Below, in pieces: positions 34,828 to 36,077 of a DNA stretch of 36,077 nucleotides. Numbering within the stretch: position 1 is the first letter of the stretch; every line of letters begins with the position of its first letter. The stretch is from the NCBI GenBank assembly GCA_019057355.1, contig DXJM01000002.1, positions 1-36,077 of the forward strand. The letters run 5' to 3'. The notes beneath the pieces were generated by a model, which saw only the letters and a list, made by a program, of their open reading frames with translations, was not told where the DNA came from and searched no databases. Source of the DNA: Promethearchaeota archaeon (GTDB lineage: Archaea; Asgardarchaeota; Lokiarchaeia; Sigyniarchaeales; SOKP01). The position numbers were made by a program, and so were the translations under genes.

Positions 34828-34836
34828 TTTAATCTT

Positions 34837-34841
34837 TCTCC
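34837..34841 (-). promoter_or_regulatory. Shine-Dalgarno-like GGAGA, 9 nt upstream of the giant-gene ATG
   Basis: The reverse strand reads ...AAATGGAGAAAGATTAAAATG. No other canonical start codon lies between the upstream in-frame TAA (34888-34890) and this ATG. Confidence 0.5.
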
Positions 34842-35276
34842 ATTTGAAGAATAGAACCTCTATAATTCTCTGGTGACCGTAGTGGTCTTATGATTTTAAA
34901 TCCCTTGATAAATCTATATTTTTTAATACAGAGGGAATTTATTGTTAAAATATACCTATTTTTAAAATTCATTTTTGTCATACATGATGGGGTGATTTCG
35001 ACAAAAACTTAGAATCTACGAAGGTATCGTATTTATAAGTCTTTTAAACTATACTTTTATAATATTTATATGACAGAGTATAAAAACCTTTGTTAACGAA
35101 ATATTCGTAATAAAGTCAAAAATGATCGTAAGTTTTAAAAATCATATAATAATTGGCAAATTCCAATGTTATATGGTCTTAGTCTATATGAATTTAGCAT
35201 GTATCTATTAGAAAAGGTGATACATATATAGATTACCACGAAAGTAGACCTGAAGTCTGAGAGGAAATTCAATGAT

Positions 35277-35285
35277 AAAAAAAAA
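35277..35285 (-). terminator. T9 tract immediately after the winged-helix gene stop codon (possible oligo-T termination signal)
   Basis: The reverse strand reads TAA-TTTTTTTTT-ATC. Only a weak 4-bp hairpin (AGAC-TTCAG-GTCT) follows it. Confidence 0.25.
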
Positions 35286-35651
35286 TTAGGTAGAAGAGAA
35301 TAAGGTTTTTTCCCGTTTAATGTTACAATTTGTTTTGCTTTCCCTGTCTATTAGAGATGCCAGAGTGGGATTCAACTCGTTTTTTAAATGAGTTAAACCT
35401 GATTGAGAAATAAAATTTTCTTTCCGTTTATTTCCTGGTTTTTCTGATGCTTCATAATTCCTTAGAATAAGTTCTTTATCCTCTAAAAATCTTAGAACAT
35501 CATTGATTGTTGTTTTACTTCTACCGATGATATTTGCGATTTCCTCAACAAAAACACCTTTATTCGCCCCATAAACCTGATAACGATTTTTTAAAATAAT
35601 AAGTACCCTCAAGCTTACTGATAACGAAAGATTAAATCGTTTTACTCCCAT
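35286..35651 (-). CDS. Winged helix-turn-helix transcriptional regulator (ArsR/MarR-like fold), 121 aa
   Basis: This ORF is in the track. LRVLIILKNRYQ...GVFVEEIANIIGRSKTTINDVLRFLEDKELILRNYEASEKPGNKRKENFISQSG reads as helix, turn, recognition helix and beta-wing, followed by a charged C-terminal tail. It is on the same strand as the giant gene and directly upstream of it. Confidence 0.7.
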   Translation of the reverse strand: MGVKRFNLSLSVSLRVLIILKNRYQVYGANKGVFVEEIANIIGRSKTTINDVLRFLEDKELILRNYEASEKPGNKRKENFISQSGLTHLKNELNPTLASLIDRESKTNCNIKREKTLFSST

Positions 35652-35950
35652 TTTTTTGACTTTTTTTCTTTTTAATTTTCTTTTAGGTTAATTATTTCAA
35701 GAATGGTGATTCTATTTTAGAGTTTTGGTTTAATGATCACGAATTGGGAAAGTGTTATTTAAATGTATTTTTAGAAAAAAGAACATGCTTTTTTTTTAGA
35801 GGCATCTTTTTGATTCAAATAAAAGAATGAAGCCCGTTAGGCATTTGCTATGGTGATGAGTGCTTGTCCACTGATTAGCTGGTCGACAATCTCTTTAATG
35901 AGAGTGTCTATATATTTAATAGGAGTTTTATCTTGATCTTTCAGATCTAT

Positions 35951-36077
35951 TTATGACGCATTATATAATTTAGCATAATTGCATCGAGATTGAATTTCAG
36001 GAGATGATCGTTTATGTTTCAACACGAACTTCACGATTTCGCGCTTGAGATCATTGAAGTCGTTAAAAAACGTGTTA
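35951..36077 (-). CDS. 3' end of an unidentified reverse-strand gene entering from the right edge (41 codons plus TAA)
   Basis: An open frame runs from the window edge to TAA at 35951-35953: NTFFNDFNDLKREIVKFVLKHKRSSPEIQSRCNYAKLYNAS*. The same frame stays open for a further 37 codons after the stop (see findings). A competing + strand start exists at 36014. Confidence 0.35.
   Translation of the reverse strand, partial: NTFFNDFNDLKREIVKFVLKHKRSSPEIQSRCNYAKLYNAS

Larger units (their letters stand above)
34828..35285 (-). promoter_or_regulatory. 458-bp AT-rich intergenic spacer that should contain the giant-gene promoter and operators. No element could be pinned down.
   Basis: It has no ORF and lies between the winged-helix gene stop (35286-35288) and the giant-gene ATG. 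It contains many TATA-like and -10-like A/T strings, which are not discriminating at this base composition. Confidence 0.3.

Noticed and set aside
273-34363. The 60-125-aa track ORFs lying inside the giant gene (e.g. 2562-2939 -, 16272-16589 -, 16102-16434 +, 34034-34363 +, 25563-25868 +)
   Set aside because: None is in the giant ORF phase. All reverse-strand ones share one alternative phase, and most + strand ones are in the codon-aligned antisense phase. Their translations are low-complexity and I/L/F/S-rich with no recognisable motifs. This is typical of shadow ORFs of a strongly biased AT-rich coding frame.
34732-34746. CPLDC near the N-terminus as a possible zinc-ribbon or metal site
   Set aside because: Only one C-x-x-x-C pair is present. 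There is no second Cys/His pair nearby, so there is not enough to call a zinc finger.
1-34827. Alternative genetic code (stop-codon reassignment) as the explanation for a 36-kb window with no long ORF in the track
   Set aside because: The giant reverse-strand frame is open under the standard code in every section I translated. It contains no in-frame TAA, TAG or TGA there, so no recoding is needed. The track simply seems to omit ORFs without an in-window stop.
35096-35108. Small inverted repeat ACGAA-ATA-TTCGT in the spacer upstream of the giant gene, as a possible operator
   Set aside because: It has only 5-bp arms that do not extend. Repeats of this size are expected by chance in 458 bp of AT-rich DNA.
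35756-35763. TTTAAATA (archaeal TATA-box-like, palindromic ATTTAAAT) about 105 nt upstream of the winged-helix gene start
   Set aside because: Such strings are frequent at this base composition. The distance to the ATG is not diagnostic, and no BRE-like purine-rich element could be argued convincingly.
36014-36077. A + strand ORF start, ATG 36014 (MFQHELHDFALEIIEVVKKRV...), with AGGAG 10 nt upstream and open to the right edge
   Set aside because: It is the exact antisense of a longer open reverse-strand frame that continues coding-like for 78 codons. Only 21 codons are visible on the + strand, and an in-frame TGA lies just upstream. I keep it as the competing hypothesis, but I do not annotate it.
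1-36077. Search for rRNA, tRNA, CRISPR repeats, transposase or integrase genes, inverted terminal repeats and long DNA-level tandem repeats
   Set aside because: The only non-coding stretches (34828-35285 and 35652-35950) are short and AT-rich, with no cloverleaf-like or repeat-spacer structure. The rest is occupied by the giant ORF, in which I saw only protein-level, highly diverged repeats. A computed dot-plot would be needed to fully exclude DNA repeats.

Overview
AT-rich window, roughly one-third G+C by eye. About 96.5% of it is one uninterrupted reverse-strand ORF. The ORF starts at ATG 34825-34827, which is preceded by a GGAGA Shine-Dalgarno-like box. It runs off the left edge without a stop, so at least 11,609 codons (>=34.8 kb) are visible and the C-terminus lies outside the window. 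The supplied ORF track does not list it, presumably because it has no in-window stop. Every track ORF inside 1-34827 is in a different phase and looks like a shadow ORF. The standard genetic code is sufficient.

I hand-translated many sections, always in the same phase, and read this architecture:
- An unusual N-terminal polytopic membrane module: 4 TM helices, a ~395-aa K/R-rich loop, then 4 more TM helices.
- A ninth hydrophobic segment that looks like an internal lipoprotein-type signal (RKK, h-region, LIGC).
- A >=10,850-aa acidic, N/Y/D/I-rich ectodomain built from highly divergent beta-rich modules. These include sialidase-like propeller blades, five ~43-aa propeller-like repeats, two tandem pairs of LamG/concanavalin-like modules, many Ig-like beta-sandwich modules carrying the DG-Y-L-V-A-D-x-x-GN signature, and one FG-GAP-type calcium-loop motif.

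Upstream on the same strand is a 121-aa winged-helix regulator (35286-35651), separated from the giant gene by a 458-bp AT-rich spacer. At the right edge a coding-like reverse-strand frame is interrupted by one in-frame TAA. I found no rRNA, tRNA, CRISPR array or mobile element. All domain names are motif-level recognition by eye. No HMM, BLAST or structure search was possible, and taxonomy (bacterial or archaeal) cannot be decided from this window.
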